A stretch of DNA of 63,962 nt, the filler included, from Octopus bimaculoides (lineage: Eukaryota): the NCBI RefSeq assembly GCF_001194135.2. It is 6 parts of 5 records of this genome, joined end to end, with 100 filler letters (N's around TTAATTAATTAA, not from the genome) between each part and the next. Parts side by side here need not be neighbours in the genome. Positions count along the whole stretch, not along the records: positions 49,241 to 56,879 come from NC_068991.1; positions 56,980 to 63,962 come from NC_068989.1; 4 more parts are not named here. One strand, 5' to 3'. How positions within the stretch are numbered: position 1 is the stretch's first letter; each line of letters starts with the position of its first letter. Of the stretch, positions 52,322-63,962 are shown one piece after another. The notes under the pieces are model-generated. The model was given only the letters and a program-made list of their open reading frames with translations, did not search any database and was not told the origin of the DNA. The position numbers were made by a program, and so were the translations under genes.

Positions 52322-52606
52322 GACATTGCCCTATCAGATTATCATTTATTCCGCGGTCTTCAAAATTATTTGGACGAAAAAAAAAAATGAATTCTGTAGA
52401 CGAGGTCAGAACAGTACTGTTGGAGTATTTTTCACCACAGACAAGGGAATTTTGTAAGAGGGGCCTCGCAAATCTACCAGATAGATGTAAGAGCATTGCA
52501 GAAAATGAAGGAGAGAATATTTTAGATTAAAAATTAACTTCGTTTATCTTAACTTTGAAAAATAAAAGAAGAATAAGAACACCGCATTATTTATGGTATG
52601 ACCCAA
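52322..52606 (+). mobile_element. Mariner 3' end, same family as 46450-47347
   Basis: DIALSDYHLF region, similar C-terminus, TIR ccgcattatttatggtatgacccaa followed by TA. Confidence 0.88.
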
Positions 52607-53250
52607 TATATGTATGCATATGTATAGATATTATTGCTCCTACTTTCGTTATCTGTATCTCACAGGGAACCTGTGTATTTTTGGACCCGAAACCCGTGTC
52701 TTAACCAATGACCATGGATCCTTGCCATACTTTCATTTGATCTATTTCCAAAAATCTTTGGTAGGAGCCTTAGGATCTAAAACGTTTCTGAGAAAGGCTT
52801 AAAATCTGAAATTTAGAAGTGTTTATCTAGGTTTTTCTCGATATCATCTTTCGTTTGATACTTCATTTTATGGACCCGAAAAGAGTGAAAAGCATTATTG
52901 ATGGTCCACAGCAACAAAACTTTAGACCAGAATGTAAAGAAATGAAGCAAGTATTGCGACAGACTAACAGTTTTGTCAACTTGCCGCCCTTTTGCGGTTC
53001 TAATAAAGCGATTTTGTGTAGCAATTCTGATCGAATTTCAAACTAAGACTTCACCTATCATGGTTTCATTTTCTTTATAATTATTCCAATACTGACCATT
53101 ACCGCTGCCACAATCTCATTGTTTTCATGTTCCACACCTTCCACACGCCTCTCAGCTATTTTAAGAAATTAATATCTCTCAATCTCTTTTTGTCCCGTCG
53201 CAAACCACCATGTAAAACACAACGGGAATCGTTGTATCAGCTATTCAATA

Positions 53251-53322
<72 letters not shown>

Positions 53323-53429
53323 CAGTGGTAGTAGTGGTGGTGGTGGTGGTGGTGATCTTACAAACTGTTATATCTGACTACACTGAGTTGCAATGTATTA
53401 GACAATAGCTATTTTCCCCCCTCCAGAGT

Positions 53430-53466
<37 letters not shown>

Positions 53467-53469
53467 AAT

Positions 53470-53825
53470 TGTTTACCAACCACATAGTTCTGGATTCAGT
53501 CTCACTGCGTGGCAACTTGGCCAAGTGTCTTCTACTATAGCCTCGGGCCGACCAAAGCCTTGTGAGTGGATTTAGTAGACAGAAACTGAAACAAGCCAGA
53601 CGTATATATGTATATATATGTGTGTGTGTGTGTGTGTGTTTGTCCTCCCAACATCGCTTAACAATCGATGCTAGTGTGTTTCCGTCCCTGTAACTTGGCG
53701 GTTCGGCATGAGAGGGCGATAGAATAAGTAGTAGGCTTATAAAGAATAAGTCCTGGTGTTGATTTGCTCGACTAAAGGCGGTGCTCCAGCATGGCCTAAG
53801 CCAAATGACTGAAACGAGTAAAAAA
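53470..53825 (+). mobile_element. SINE family S1, full length
   Basis: Head, internal (TA)/(TG) tract and 3' part colinear with 1990-2390. Confidence 0.85.
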
Positions 53826-54131
53826 GTAACATAATATATGTGTGTGTTTGTGTATGTATATGTATATATATCTTTAATTTGTTTATGGCAAACGCTTTGA
53901 ATATGCAAATAAAGCTCCTATTCCATTATGCCGTCCACATTCTGGTGTACATCTATTAATGTTATATCGCCTGAAGAAATCAATCCATGATGAGGATCAA
54001 CCCGATACCGACGGATACTACGGACTGCTTTGTAATCATTCAAGGAATACGGAATCTGATCTTAAGAGACATGTGACAAGTAGAAACGCGCGTAGCCATG
54101 CATTAAATGCTTATAAATTCCATCCAAGTAC

Positions 54132-54168
<37 letters not shown>

Positions 54169-54253
54169 CATACATACATAACGCATACATAAATGCATAC
54201 ATACAGGGTGATAGTGAGATAAACTGATTAATAGGTAGATAGATAGACAGATG

Positions 54254-54336
<83 letters not shown>

Positions 54337-55221
54337 TGCATGCATGGATTCATGTGTGTGTATATATGCTTCTTTGAAATGTGTCGTATATGGATTAGTC
54401 ACGAAAAATACGATACAAAATTGAAGGTTAATTAATGCTCTCTGAAACACGATTTTACAACGATACCCCATACTTGACTCTTTGACTACTTGACTTCTGA
54501 ACTTATTTATTGCTGTCAATGCTTACCGTTATCTTCCTCGGAAATATTCAGAAATCAAATTGCCCCTTCATTTGCGACAAATACAGAGAGAATGGTGGAT
54601 ACTTGTCTTCCGTGTTGCAATATTTTAATTTAGTTTCTGAGTAAATCCTCAGAATTTACTGCGACTTTTTAGGCTTTCATCGGTTTTATTTTTCACCCTC
54701 TTCATTTATAAGGGGATTGCGTGCGTAATTCTTTCATTTGTGAGAATAAATTTCTTGTTATAATTCTGCCCGTTTGTTATTTTCCAGAGTAAAGATATTC
54801 TTTAAGAGACAGGAATTGGAAAGTCAAGCGTGTATATAGGAATTTTTGTATATTATGCCTTTAAATATAACTAATGAGGAAATTCTATCCTTTGAATATA
54901 TATGTTGTGGCAGATAACTGATGAGATATATGGGATATTTATCTGTAAGTATATTGAATCGATAAACATTTTTCTTAATTTGTCAACAGGCTATAGTTTA
55001 TTGTCACGAGCCTAAGATATTTGCTTCCGGTGTTGTAATTGAGAGAGATATAATGCATCGGGAAAAGTATTGGTTCCTCAGCTAAACGTGAAAAAAAAAA
55101 GTTGGTTAAGGAGATATTCTGGCATGCACCAAAACAAACTGTCAAAAATAGCTGCTAAAATTCATTCTGAGAAGGAGGAGGAGGAGGAGGGGGGAGGAGG
55201 AGGAGGAGGAGAAGAAGAAGA

Positions 55222-56530
55222 AAGCTTAATACTGAAATCAGAGCTCAATGCGAAAAACAAGATAATAGATATCAACACTCTAGCCGTCCCAGTTATAAAT
55301 TACTGCTACAATATTCTTAACTGGACACTGAATGAACTAATCAAAATAGACAGGAAAACAAGAAAAATGACAGGAATTCGGATGCACCACCCAAAATCTG
55401 ACATAGAAAGGTTATATAAACAACGTATAGAATGTGGTAGAAGCCTTATACAGCTAGAAAACTATTACAAAATAACCACCATAGGACTACAGAAATACTT
55501 ACTTCAGAAGCAAAGAAAACTAATACAGATAGCCACAAAACAAGAAACTGTTTTCAGTCTTTAAAGAAGCTGACGAATTCAAAAAAAGATGCCATAGTAC
55601 CTAACAACTATGAAGAAAAGGAAGAAATAACGGAAGTTGTAAAACAACTGAAATCCAAACTAAGATTGGAACACGACAAAACAATTTCAAGAAAAGCCCC
55701 TCCATGGCAAGTACTGGGTTAAACTACACTCAAAAGAAATAGACAACGTAAGTCCCAACAACGACTGAAAAGCTGAAAGCAGAGGCTGAAGGATTTTTGA
55801 CTGCAGCAGAAGATCAAAGCCTTCCCACCAGAAATTACCAAAAACATGTAATGAAAAGAAATACATTAACTGCAGAATATGTGGAGATGGAGAAGAAACA
55901 ATACACCATATTGTCTCTGGCTGTCTAGTCCTGACTAAGAAGGAATATATTCACAAACACGATAGAGTTGGGACCGATATACACTGGAAGTTATGCCAAC
56001 ACTATGGAATTACCACAGAAAAAAGATGGTATAGGCAGACGCCAGAAAAGGTCACAGAAGAATGAGAAAGTAACCATACTCTGGGATATGCCAATGAACA
56101 CAGAGTATTTAAGGCCAATAGGCCGAATATAGTTGTCAGAGATCACCAAGAAAAAAATGCTTTTTAATCGATGTATCAATACCAACAGATGACAATGTTT
56201 CTCTAAAAGAAACGGAGAAACTATCAAAATACAAAAACCTAAACATAGAGGTAATTCGAATGTGGAGTTTAAATCAGAAACAATTCTTATAATAGCAGGA
56301 GTATTAGGTATGATAAAAAATATATACACACAAATACATAACAAAAATATCAGGACTAACAAGTATATATAACATACAGAAAATACCACTACTAGGCACA
56401 CATCCTACGTAAAACACTTTTATTACAGTAAAAATTAGAGCATCACAACAATCTACAGCACATACCCAGGCACACAGAGCTGCGCTCGATGCTGCAGTGA
56501 AAGTACGTGATAAAAATAAGACTACTAAAT
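55222..56530 (+). mobile_element. RLE LINE family A, longest copy (E12), decayed
   Basis: ILKSELNAKNKI...HHPKSDIERLY, zinc knuckle, ILWDMP/RPNIV endonuclease, shared 3'UTR, (AAT)n tail. Confidence 0.92.
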
Positions 56531-56979
56531 AATAATAATAATAATAATATAATAGTAATTATTATTATTATGTTGTTATTTTTCTTCTTTCTTCAAATTT
56601 TCTTCCATTTCTCGCCAAGTGGCAGAGAAACTCGTTGTATGCATTCCCAGTTTACACACGCAAATTCACAGGTAAAACATGTATTTAAGAAAACAAATTC
56701 ATGAATGGATGTTGTTTTCACAGCGATAATGCTCTTCTTAGTACATGAGTCGTTCCAGTTAGCACGATTTTTTGCACTTCCTGTAGGGATGGTAAGCCTG
56801 GTATTATTTTCAAATAGGTTTCAGTACCTTTTTTTATCATTCCTAGAGATCCTACAATCACTGGTATGGTAGTCGCCTTNNNNNNNNNNNNNNNNNNNNN
56901 NNNNNNNNNNNNNNNNNNNNNNNTTAATTAATTAANNNNNNNNNNNNNNNNNNNNNNNNNNNNNNNNNNNNNNNNNNNN

Positions 56980-58046
56980 GATCCCGCTCGAAACATTTCA
57001 TTTGTCACCCGCTCAAGAGCCAGTCCAGGGGCACTGGCATCGATCCCGCTCAAAAGATTTCATGTGTCTCCCGCACATGAGCCAGTCCATGGGCACTGGC
57101 AACGATCCCGCTCGAAACATTTCATTTGTCACCCGCTCAAGAGCCAGTCCAGGGGCACTGGCAACGGTCTCGCTTGAAAGATATCACATGTCGCCTGCAC
57201 ATGAGCCAGTCCAGGGGCACTGGCAACGATCCCGCTTGAACGATTTCATGTGTCACCCGCACATGAGCCAGTCCAGGGGCACCGGCAACGATCTCGCTCG
57301 AAAAACCTCGTATCACTCGCACAAGAGCCAGTCCATGGGCACTGGCAACGATCTCGCACGAAAGATATCATGTGTCGCCCGCACATGAGCCAGTCCNNNN
57401 NNNNNNNNNNNNNNNNNNNNNNNNNNNNNNNNNNNNNNNNNNNNNNNNNNNNNNNNNNNNNNNNNNNNNNNNNNNNNNNNNNNNNNNNNNNNNNNNNNNN
57501 NNNNNNNNNNNNNNNNNNNNNNNNNNNNNNNNNNNNNNNNNNNNNNNNNNNNNNNNNNNNNNNNNNNNNNNNNNNNNNNNNNNNNNNNNNNNNNNNNNNN
57601 NNNNNNNNNNNNNNNNNNNNNNNNNNNNNNNNNNNNNNNNNNNNNNNNNNNNNNNNNNNNNNNNNNNNNNNNNNNNNNNNNNNNNNNNNNNNNNNNNNNN
57701 NNNTGAAAGATATCACATGTCGCCTGCACATGAGCCAGTCCAGGGGCACTGGCAACGATCCCGCTTGAACGATTTCATGTGTCACCCGCACATGAGCCAG
57801 TCCAGGGGCACCGGCAACGATCTCGCTCGAAAAACCTCGTGTCACTCGCACAAGAGCCAGTCCATGGGCACTGGCAACGATCTCGCACGAAAGATATCAT
57901 GTGTCGCCCGCACATGAGCCAGTCCAGGGGCACTGCAATGATCCCGCTCGAAAGATTTTATGTGTCGCCCGCACATGAGCCAGTCCGGGGGCACTGGCAA
58001 ACGATCCCGCTCGAAACATTTCATGCGCCACCCGCACAAGAGCCAG
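56980..58046 (+). repeat. 62-bp minisatellite with an internal GCCAGT-N8-ACTGGC hairpin, interrupted by a gap
   Basis: Unit starts at 56980, 57042, 57104, 57166, 57228, 57290 and 57350. Confidence 0.95.
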
Positions 58047-59039
58047 AAGCAGTGTGTTGTGTTCCTGAGCAAAAGTGTTCATTTTATGGCGCTCCAGTTC
58101 ACTCAACTATAAATAGGTAACCCTGCAACATACTTGTCTTCCAATTAGTGGGTATGTTGGCCTGCTCACCTAGCCAGCAGTATGGCATCATTGAAAAGCA
58201 AGATGCTTCAAAGTATATTGTTGCCAATGATATATAACATCATCTGATCGTTTGATTGATTACGTGATATGTGTGTATACATACATACATATATGTATAT
58301 ACATATATAACAATGGTACAAACTTTGATTCCAAGCCAATATTCCTATGATATGGTGCCAAGAAAGGGTAGAAAAGTAAGGTTTATACAGTTATTAATCA
58401 GATGTACAGCTGCCTCCATGCACACACACACACATGCACATTTACCTGCACCCATATAAAAGTCATACAGATGCACACATGAATAATTATATTCATGGGC
58501 ACATGCCAGCACACACCACATTTACGTATGTCTGTCAATTACACACACACAGCTATACACGCATACACAAACACACCTGCACACACAGATACATTCCTCA
58601 GGGCACAAAGATTCACCCATCCAGCCACACAGAGATCACATCAAGAATGCTACCATGGAGCACACACATGCACACAGGTGCACCCACAGACACACTCACA
58701 CCTTCATGCAATGCTCACAGACCCATACACACACACACATGTGCATGCCTCTAGCTTGTGGCAACAGATGCACAGAATAAATGTTAAACTTAAAAAGGCA
58801 TTGAAAAACACCATCACAGAAAGCTCAGACAATGAATTTACATTCAATCCTTCCATGCCTGACAACCAACAACAGTTAATCACAGAAAATGATAGCCTTG
58901 AAACATCCAGAACTAATAATATATCTATAACAATGAACCTACAGAAACTGCACATCAACAGCATGATGAATCCACAACCAATTATGATTTGAATGACAGG
59001 ACAACCACTACACAAATCCCAGTCACCAACAATGGTCAC

Positions 59040-59440
59040 AAATAGGTGATCCTGCAGGAACAAATTTAATTGCCCATTGGATAATCTTTGCATGACTCGT
59101 AACATTGTCTATAAATGCACTGTACACACACAGTAAGACCCTTATGTGTACACTAGTGCCACAGCTGATTCATTCAAGAATCAATATAGAAATCATGTTT
59201 CTACTTTTAAAAAACTGAATAAGAGACGTGACATTATTGGTGGATTTTCTATGTCAACTGAAAACCAAAAGAATTAATTTTGAGATTTCATGGTCAATTA
59301 TAAAGTATGCAAATCCCTACAACACACATTCTAGGACCTGTGGCTTGTGCTCTGAAGGATCCCTATCAATCTTGCTTACTAGGGAAAAGATTATTAATAA
59401 ATTAACTGAACGGATTAGACATGAAAGCCACCTTCAAATA
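59040..59440 (+). mobile_element. Penelope-like element GIY-YIG endonuclease relic
   Basis: CRNKFNCPLDNLCMTRNIVYKCTV...FKNQYRNH...WSIIKYANPYNTHSRTCGLC fits the Cys-rich GIY-YIG domain of Penelope-like elements (recalled pattern). Confidence 0.7.
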
Positions 59441-59798
59441 TTACCACCCTGTAAACACAACACCTAACTGCCATAATACACATTGAACAGTGGACACCAC
59501 GTTATCATTGCAGACATTGCTACATGCCCATGGACAGGTGAGTGAACTTTTGCCCATGTACTGTTTATTGTTCTGTGCCTGCATGTGTGATTGAGAAGTC
59601 TTGTGAATATGTGCAATCTGTGTGTGCATGTATGTGCACAGTTGAAGTGTTTCTGTATGCCTGTATGTGTACATATGTGCTGAGTGGAAGTCTCTGATGT
59701 GTACTGATGTATACATGTGTATATCTGCGTATGAATGTGTGTGTGTATAATTGTGTGAGACTGTGGGTGTCAATCAACATTTGGATTTGTCCTGTAGT

Positions 59799-59912
59799 GT
59801 GGGTGTGATGGGGCACATGGGTGTGATGGGGAACGTGGGTGTAATGGGGCATATGGGTGTGGAGCACGTGGGTGTGATGGAGCACGTGGGTGTGATGGGG
59901 TACGTGGGTGTG
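59799..59912 (+). repeat. 18-bp G-rich minisatellite (GGGTGTGATGGRGCACRT, about 6 units)
   Basis: Read directly from the sequence. Confidence 0.9.
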
Positions 59913-60369
59913 TGTGAGGGTATGAGTCTGTCTGTGGGTGTACTTGTATGTATAGTTCTGTGCTTGTGTGATTGACTGACATACATACATGTGGCGTGCA
60001 CTGGTGCATCCATAAGTATGTCTTTGCATTGATTTAAATGTAAGAATGTGTGCATCTGTTAAAATCTCTCAAAGCAGTGAAATTCAAATGTAAATCTCCC
60101 AGCTTAAAACCTTATTATCCCACCTGAGGAGTTTTCTATGCACTGTACATTGCATCAAGCATTATTGCATCATTCTATGCCCACAAGGGAGCAGTGCATC
60201 TTGAAGGTGAAACAATTGCTGTGGTAATATGAATTTTTTTTGTTGGTACATTCTGTCTTCTCATTTTATCTGTACTATGTGTGTGTGAGTGTGTTTCTAT
60301 GTAGGCATATACACATATACATATACACATTTATAAGCAAACACAGACATATATAAGCTGACACGGAAG

Positions 60370-61150
60370 CCAGTCAGCTGCTCTGGCAGCGATCATGCTC
60401 AGATGGTGCTCTTAGCGTTCTACTGGCACAGGTGCCAGTCATCGAAGTTCCGAATTTGATTTGATTTCGATTTCACATACCTCAACAGGTCTTCGCAAGC
60501 AGAGTTTAGTGTCCAATGAAGGAAAGGTAAACATAAGTGGGCTGGTTACACCCCTGGCATAGGCCACGGGTTATGGTCTCACTTGGCTTGCCGGGTCTTC
60601 TCACACACTGCATATTTCCAAAAGTCTCGATCACTAGTCATTGCCTCGATGAGGCCTAATGTTCGAAGGTCATGCTTCACCACTTTATTCCATGTCTTCC
60701 TTGGTCTCCCTCTTCCACAGATACTATCCACTTTCAATGACCAGTACTTATTTATACTGCTGTCTTCACTCATATGCATATGTCCAAACCAATGCAATCT
60801 CCTCTCCTGCATGTCACACTTAATTCCTCTTATGCCCAACTTTTTCTCAACACAGTTATACCTTGCCATTCATGCACACTGATGCTGCAGATCCAGCAGA
60901 GCATATTACATTCATTCCTCTCTAGTCTACTCATGTCCTCTGCATTCAGAGCCCATGTCTCACTACCATAGAGTATAGCTGTTCATACATAAACATCATA
61001 TAATTTACCTTTCCCTCTGAGAGAGAGTACATTTGTTGTCAACAGAGGTAGTAGTTCTCTGAAATTCCCCCATCCTATTCTGATTCTAGAAACAATACTA
61101 TCTAGCATCCACCACCATTACGAATCTGGTCACCTAAGTAGCAGAAATTA
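60370..61150 (-). mobile_element. RTE LINE 3' portion
   Basis: ERRLHWFGHM...GRGRPRKTW...DRDFWK C-terminus plus 3'UTR. Confidence 0.88.
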
Positions 61151-61169
61151 TCTTCTTCGTTGTTGTTGT

Positions 61170-61835
61170 CATCATCATGATTGTCATCATTACTATTAAA
61201 CGTTCATTTATCATCTTTGGGTGGTTTGACATGAGCTAGTCAACTGAAGAGCTGCCAAGCTCCGCATCTCTTTTGAAATAATTTTTGTCACTGGATGCCC
61301 TTCCTCATGCCAGAGTGTACTGAGTCCTTCTATGCAGCACTGGCATGGATGCTTTTACACAACCCCAGTACAGGTGCTTTTTATGTGGCACTAGCACCCA
61401 CGAGCCTATAAGATTAAGAATGATCGGATGCAAGAGGTATGCCTGTATGCAAGGACAACCACTTAGCTTGATGTGTCTTCTCAAGCACAGCAAACTGCCA
61501 GGTGTCTCGGTCCCCTGTCATCCCCTCTGTGAGGCCCAATGTCTGAAGATCTTTTCTCATCACTACATCCCATGTCTTCCTTGGTCTACCTCTTCTACAT
61601 GTTCACTCTACAATTAGAGATTGGCACATATTGATGCAACTGTCTTCATTCATACACATTTCATGAGCATACCAGTGCAGTTTTCTCTCTTGCACACTAC
61701 ATCCGATGTCTTGTATCCCCAGTTTTTCTCTCAAACCACATACACATTGATGTATATGCACACCCATCCAGCAGAGTATACTAGCTTCATTTCTTGAACA
61801 GAAACCACACGTGAAGCAAAAGGGCAAAAGATTGC
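61170..61835 (-). mobile_element. Second RTE LINE 3' portion with (TGA)n-like tail
   Basis: VQERKLHWYAH, GRGRPRKTW-like region, tail related to 1775-1983. Confidence 0.8.
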
Positions 61836-61839
61836 TCAA

Positions 61840-63600
61840 TCACATAGCTGCATGTTGTTCGCAGTCACCCTGTAATTGATCTCCCACGCATTGAAAATAG
61901 TTCTCATCTGTTGATGCTGGTACCCAGTTACGGAATCTCATTTCCTCTCCAAAATACCAACACACCTGTTTTGTTTCTTTGTAGCTTGAGTCCAAGTGTA
62001 GTGCCTCCAACCATTAGCTCCAATAGTTTCGCGGTTAGCCTGAACTTCTTTAGGTGACCTATGACCTTTGCAGCAAATACTATAGTCTTGTCTACCAGGA
62101 TGATGTTTATATAGGAATTGGGGGCCTTTTTTACCTTGTCTGCCTTTCCCAGGATAGATGTGAGCACTGTTGCCATAATCTTTGGCGCAGAATTCAACCC
62201 CAAACCCAGCCTAGTAAACAGTATGTCTAGCACTTATGTCTCATTAGTTGATACTTCCACAATTTCTCAAAAATTGTTGCCACCCTCATCATTAATCTCC
62301 ATTCTGGCAATATCTCTCCACAGACATCAGTCACCTCACTGCCTGTGTGGCACAATACATTGCCATTCAGCTCTCAAAAGTCCATACCAGCCACACCTTG
62401 CCCTTCGATGGCTGCATCACTGCCATTAGTGGCAGCACTCTGCTTTTCACTTCCTCCTTCCACAGGATTAGGATACCTTCCCCGATCTATCTCTCTACTT
62501 CACCTTCAAACTTGCTCCTAGCATCTCCTTTCAAGGTACGCTGATAACAGCTTAGCCTCTTCGTCAGCATCAGGGGCTCCCCTTTCCAGTGCAACTCAAC
62601 TGTTTACCACTGACCATTGAACACTACCTGAAAATCTTTTTCTGCAATGGTATGAGCAGTACAAGTCTCCCCGGGGCTCTGCCCACTCTCTTGCTGCAGA
62701 CTCACAGTGACATGATGCCCCTGTGCCACCCAATGAAACTAGGTCTCTACTAACAATGACACCTAGGTGGTTGATTGCATCCATGCACATCACCACGTCA
62801 ATTCCATCTACTACATGGTCAATCACAATTACTCACAGCCTTAGCATTGTGCCCCACACCACCATCTTTCCCTTACATCTAATTTCACTACCATCAACTG
62901 CCCTAACTCTACTCATCCCTTTCCAATTTTTTGTCACCCTTAGGATCATGAGAGATGTTGTACAGCACATATTCACGAGGGCTTTGAACACCTTTCCTCC
63001 AGCTAGGACTTCAACTGTAGGCAACAACTCAACCATAGGTAGAGCATCTACATGCTCATGGAGGAAGTTTGAGAGGCAACAACTTCCCCGTGGTGTTTTC
63101 ACTGGCTGCAGTTTCAAGCAATATGCCCTGTACACTTGCACAGTAGCCATGTGAGGTCTCTGGCACTTGAAACACCAGCTCATAAATGGTTGTGACCACA
63201 CCACAGTAGTTTTTCTCTCCTAATTCTTTGTTGATCCTTGCATGATAACATGGGCTTCAGTAGTTGCCATTGCCACTACATTCTGCCCAGTGTTTTGCAC
63301 TGACACAAAGGCTTGAGCAATGAATCCACTATTTAACATCTCACTGCCTGGCAGTTGTAGCAGCCACACTGATATGTTGTCAGGGAAACCATTTACAAAA
63401 GTCAAGTGTGCACATTTTCCTCCAGATACAGAGCCATGAGACCTTCAATGCTTTGCAGCCTGGCACCACCTTAATCTTCCAAATCCAGGCAATAACCTCT
63501 CCCTCACCACAGAAAGGTCTGATGGCATTGCGACCAACCCGTATTTTTGCTAACTTATCAGGGAAGAGAACAGAAAAAATATACATGAAAACCGAAATAG
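61840..63600 (-). mobile_element. Gypsy-like LTR retrotransposon relic (gag, zinc knuckle, protease, RT, start of RNase H)
   Basis: GEGEVIAWI and FVNGFP (gag), CFKCQRPHMA, KALVNMCCTTSL (degenerate D-T-G), FTRLGLGLNSAPKIM...SYINIILV (degenerate YIDD). Confidence 0.8.
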
Positions 63601-63602
63601 CA

Positions 63603-63879
63603 TGTAGTATGAATGAATAAAGTGCAATTCACCTACCTCTCAGCGTTGACTGGGTTACATCCAAAAAGTACCCTACACACCTAACCTACCACTAGAACCT
63701 AAAGCAAATTCCCTCTTTAGCTTATACATCCATATGTCTGTCTGCTGCCACTGCCTGAAGCAAAAGAGCCCCACACTGGTCTTACTTCTGCCCACGTGAT
63801 CTACCTGACTCCTTTCTCGGTAGAGCCCCTCAGCCATTGACATCACTGACCTTTCCTCCCTGTTCACCTCATCTCCACA
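63603..63879 (-). mobile_element. Candidate 5' LTR of the Gypsy-like relic
   Basis: About 277 bp bounded by TGT...ACA directly upstream of gag; no second LTR and no clear PBS. Confidence 0.35.
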
Positions 63880-63890
63880 CATACATGTAT

Positions 63891-63962
<72 letters not shown>

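Noticed and set aside
56980-58046. CRISPR-like array (hairpin repeat plus variable segment)
   Set aside because: Variable segments are homologous to each other and recur rather than being unique spacers; no cas genes; eukaryotic context.

Overview
Repeat-dominated eukaryotic DNA. The SINE families, microsatellite density and decayed retroelements strongly resemble an octopus/cephalopod draft assembly (inference from recall, not a database match). There are many N gaps, and five 100-bp joins carry an artificial TTAATTAATTAA linker. No intact host gene, rRNA, tRNA gene or CRISPR array can be supported. Best host-gene evidence: a convincing + strand terminal coding exon (17185-17370) that the ORF track misses, a likely - strand first exon and promoter (about 11592-11950), and a few weaker exon candidates. 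Mobile DNA dominates: about 13 5'-truncated restriction-like-endonuclease (R4/Dong-type) non-LTR retrotransposons, most joined to (AAT)n tracts and six of them stacked head-to-tail at 12.4-16.6 kb; a Jockey/CR1-like LINE; RTE LINE remnants; a Gypsy-like LTR retrotransposon relic; two mariner remnants; Penelope-like remnants; and at least three tRNA-derived SINE families. Most notable observations: (1) the microsatellite-linked retroelement train, whose 3'UTR hairpin shows a compensatory base-pair change; (2) a well-formed minimal hammerhead-ribozyme motif at 24533-24569 (-), plus a decayed second copy; (3) an unexplained CpG-rich structured island (possible young solo LTR); (4) three minisatellites, one apparently born from a SINE.
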